Under the pieces are notes generated by a model, which was not told the DNA's origin, searched no databases, and was given only the letters and a program-made list of their open reading frames with translations. A program made the translations under genes and the position numbers. Below are positions 62,506-64,000 of a DNA stretch of 64,000 bases, in pieces. Position 1 is the first letter of the stretch. Every line of letters begins with the position of its first letter. Source of the stretch: Bdellovibrionales bacterium (GTDB lineage Bacteria; Bdellovibrionota; Bdellovibrionia; Bdellovibrionales; UBA1609). The stretch lies in assembly GCA_041690295.1 (NCBI GenBank), contig JAWLHR010000016.1:1-64000 (forward strand), read 5' to 3'.

Positions 62506-64000
62506 CTATCGGCACTGCCAAAGCACGCCGAGCCGGCATTTCTCATCCATCTTCCTGGATATTCTAAGAAAAATATTCTCCTCTTTCGCGTTAATTTCCT
62601 TGGGTCGGATTCCACGTCCCGCGGCGCGACTTCCGCCGGGAAGAAACTGCCTGAGATCAATTCCCGGATCAAATTGGTTGCCAGCGCCCGTAATGCTGGC
62701 GAAGTGGCGACCACCTGCTCCCGGGTCTTCGACTTGAGTGTTCTGTACGGGCGGACTATATCCGCCACCCGCCTGAAAACCGCGTTCAATGTTGGTGATT
62801 GAGTCAGCGGATGCTGGCTGTATTTTTGGTTGACCGGCCTGCTGAGTCGCGGCTTGCGCCCTTGGATCCGCACCAGTGCCCGGGATCGCTCCACCCGTAT
62901 TGTTCGGAACCGTGGCTTGCGCTCTTGGCGCCTGGGTTTGAGGTTCCTCCACGTTGACTTGATTTTGGTAACCTTTGAATCCGCTACTCGCATCGACCAG
63001 ATTGAATTCCCGATTCTTTCTCGCGGTTAAAGAATCTTGAAAGCCCACCTGACCCTTGCGAACCTGAGCGGTATCGTTAAGCTCTTGCGCTTTGGAATTG
63101 CCCAAGGGAAGTCCACGCCCCGAGTTCATTGAACCCGGAGGGCCCCCCGCCATCGCTGAAGCTTGTGCTCTGCACGCGTCGGCGAGACCTTGATCGCTCG
63201 CCATACCCAATCCGGTCATTGCCAATTGATTCGCGCGACCGGTGAGGCCTTGGCAGCTTCCTTCCGCTGATCTGAGCGAGGCCAGGGCCGATTCAAAGAT
63301 CGCCTTTGAAGCACAACCACCGCAAGCGGCCAATTTGCCGGCGTACTTTTGCGCGAGATTGCCGCAAACATTGGTGCAGGACAGCTGCTCCCCCGTACAG
63401 ACCGCGGCCAAGGCTGAATTCACATTACCGGCGTTATAGGTCAATGAGCTCAACTGCCGGCAGTAATCGGCAAGTCCACCCGACGATGAACTGGCTTGCA
63501 TCAAATTCCGCAAACTTTGTTGATCACTTGAATTCATGAGGTGACTGCAGGACATCGGATCTCCACAGCACCGATTGGCCGACGACTGCGCGTTCCTGCA
63601 GGCCGCAATATCCTTCTGTGCTTCGATTTCATCGCCCACCGTGGAAAAGCTTGGGCTTGGAGACGGTGATGGCGACGGCGTCTCTACCGCTCTTGGTTTG
63701 GTTTCTTCGTCTTTTTTCCCGTCCCCCGAAGGCTTTTCCGGTACTTTCGGTCCCGCGACTTTATCATCTGGATCTTTCGTGCCGCCTCCAACGGATTCCT
63801 TTCCTTCATCTTTTTCTTTACCCGCGCCGCCAGCTATCCCCGTGCCGCAGTCCGTGCCAGGGGGGCAGATTAGGGACGGTGAGCCTATAAACTTTGGATC
63901 GTTCATTTTTTTTACTGGTTCGGTTGCCTGCTGCGCCTCTGCTTTACATTCAGCAATGGCCGATTCATGGACTCTCGCATTTCGCCAACGAGAAACACAT
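62506..64000 (-). CDS. Cys-rich hypothetical protein, 5' end outside the window
   Basis: Frame stays open from 63906 to the window edge (CVSRWRNARVHESAIAECK...); (PS)n linker, helical Cys-rich core, low-complexity tail. Confidence 0.75.
   Translation of the reverse strand, partial: CVSRWRNARVHESAIAECKAEAQQATEPVKKMNDPKFIGSPSLICPPGTDCGTGIAGGAGKEKDEGKESVGGGTKDPDDKVAGPKVPEKPSGDGKKDEETKPRAVETPSPSPSPSPSFSTVGDEIEAQKDIAACRNAQSSANRCCGDPMSCSHLMNSSDQQSLRNLMQASSSSGGLADYCRQLSSLTYNAGNVNSALAAVCTGEQLSCTNVCGNLAQKYAGKLAACGGCASKAIFESALASLRSAEGSCQGLTGRANQLAMTGLGMASDQGLADACRAQASAMAGGPPGSMNSGRGLPLGNSKAQELNDTAQVRKGQVGFQDSLTARKNREFNLVDASSGFKGYQNQVNVEEPQTQAPRAQATVPNNTGGAIPGTGADPRAQAATQQAGQPKIQPASADSITNIERGFQAGGGYSPPVQNTQVEDPGAGGRHFASITGAGNQFDPGIDLRQFLPGGSRAAGRGIRPKEINAKEENIFLRISRKMDEKCRLGVLWQCR

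Noticed and set aside
62406..62993. 195-aa minus-strand ORF overlapping the two terminal genes
   Set aside because: Arg-rich alternate-frame translation of the real CDSs

Overview
Gene-dense window of mostly core chromosome. Gene content and protein style suggest a Bdellovibrionales-like predatory bacterium (inference, not a database result). It holds a complete caa3-type cytochrome c oxidase operon with SCO and heme O/A synthases, secA, trmL, glnB-glnA, prkA-yeaH-spoVR, TPR/LolB-like and COG3014/LpoB lipoproteins, a stand-alone mreB, glpD, pepP, xseAB-ispA-tlyA, PBP1A-uvrA-MsbA-like ABC transporter, a sigma54 activator and amgK-murU. Features missing from the ORF track include a probable 6S RNA (~47271-47433), a GTAG-type REP/REPIN-like family (two 111-bp doublets and one partial copy), several sigma54 -24/-12 promoters and a 46-codon signal-peptide ORF. 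A small accessory patch carries a broken RAYT-type transposase, a twitch-type radical SAM gene and three GT2 genes. The best leads are the REP/RAYT system, the secreted Cys-rich orphan proteins with shared C-terminal 'NIF' and 'RxPAS' motifs, and several proteins that have lost their catalytic or cofactor residues (GcvH without lipoyl-Lys, patatin without Ser/Asp, a degenerate sigma54 AAA+ domain, a sigma/anti-sigma-like pair without Zn ligands).
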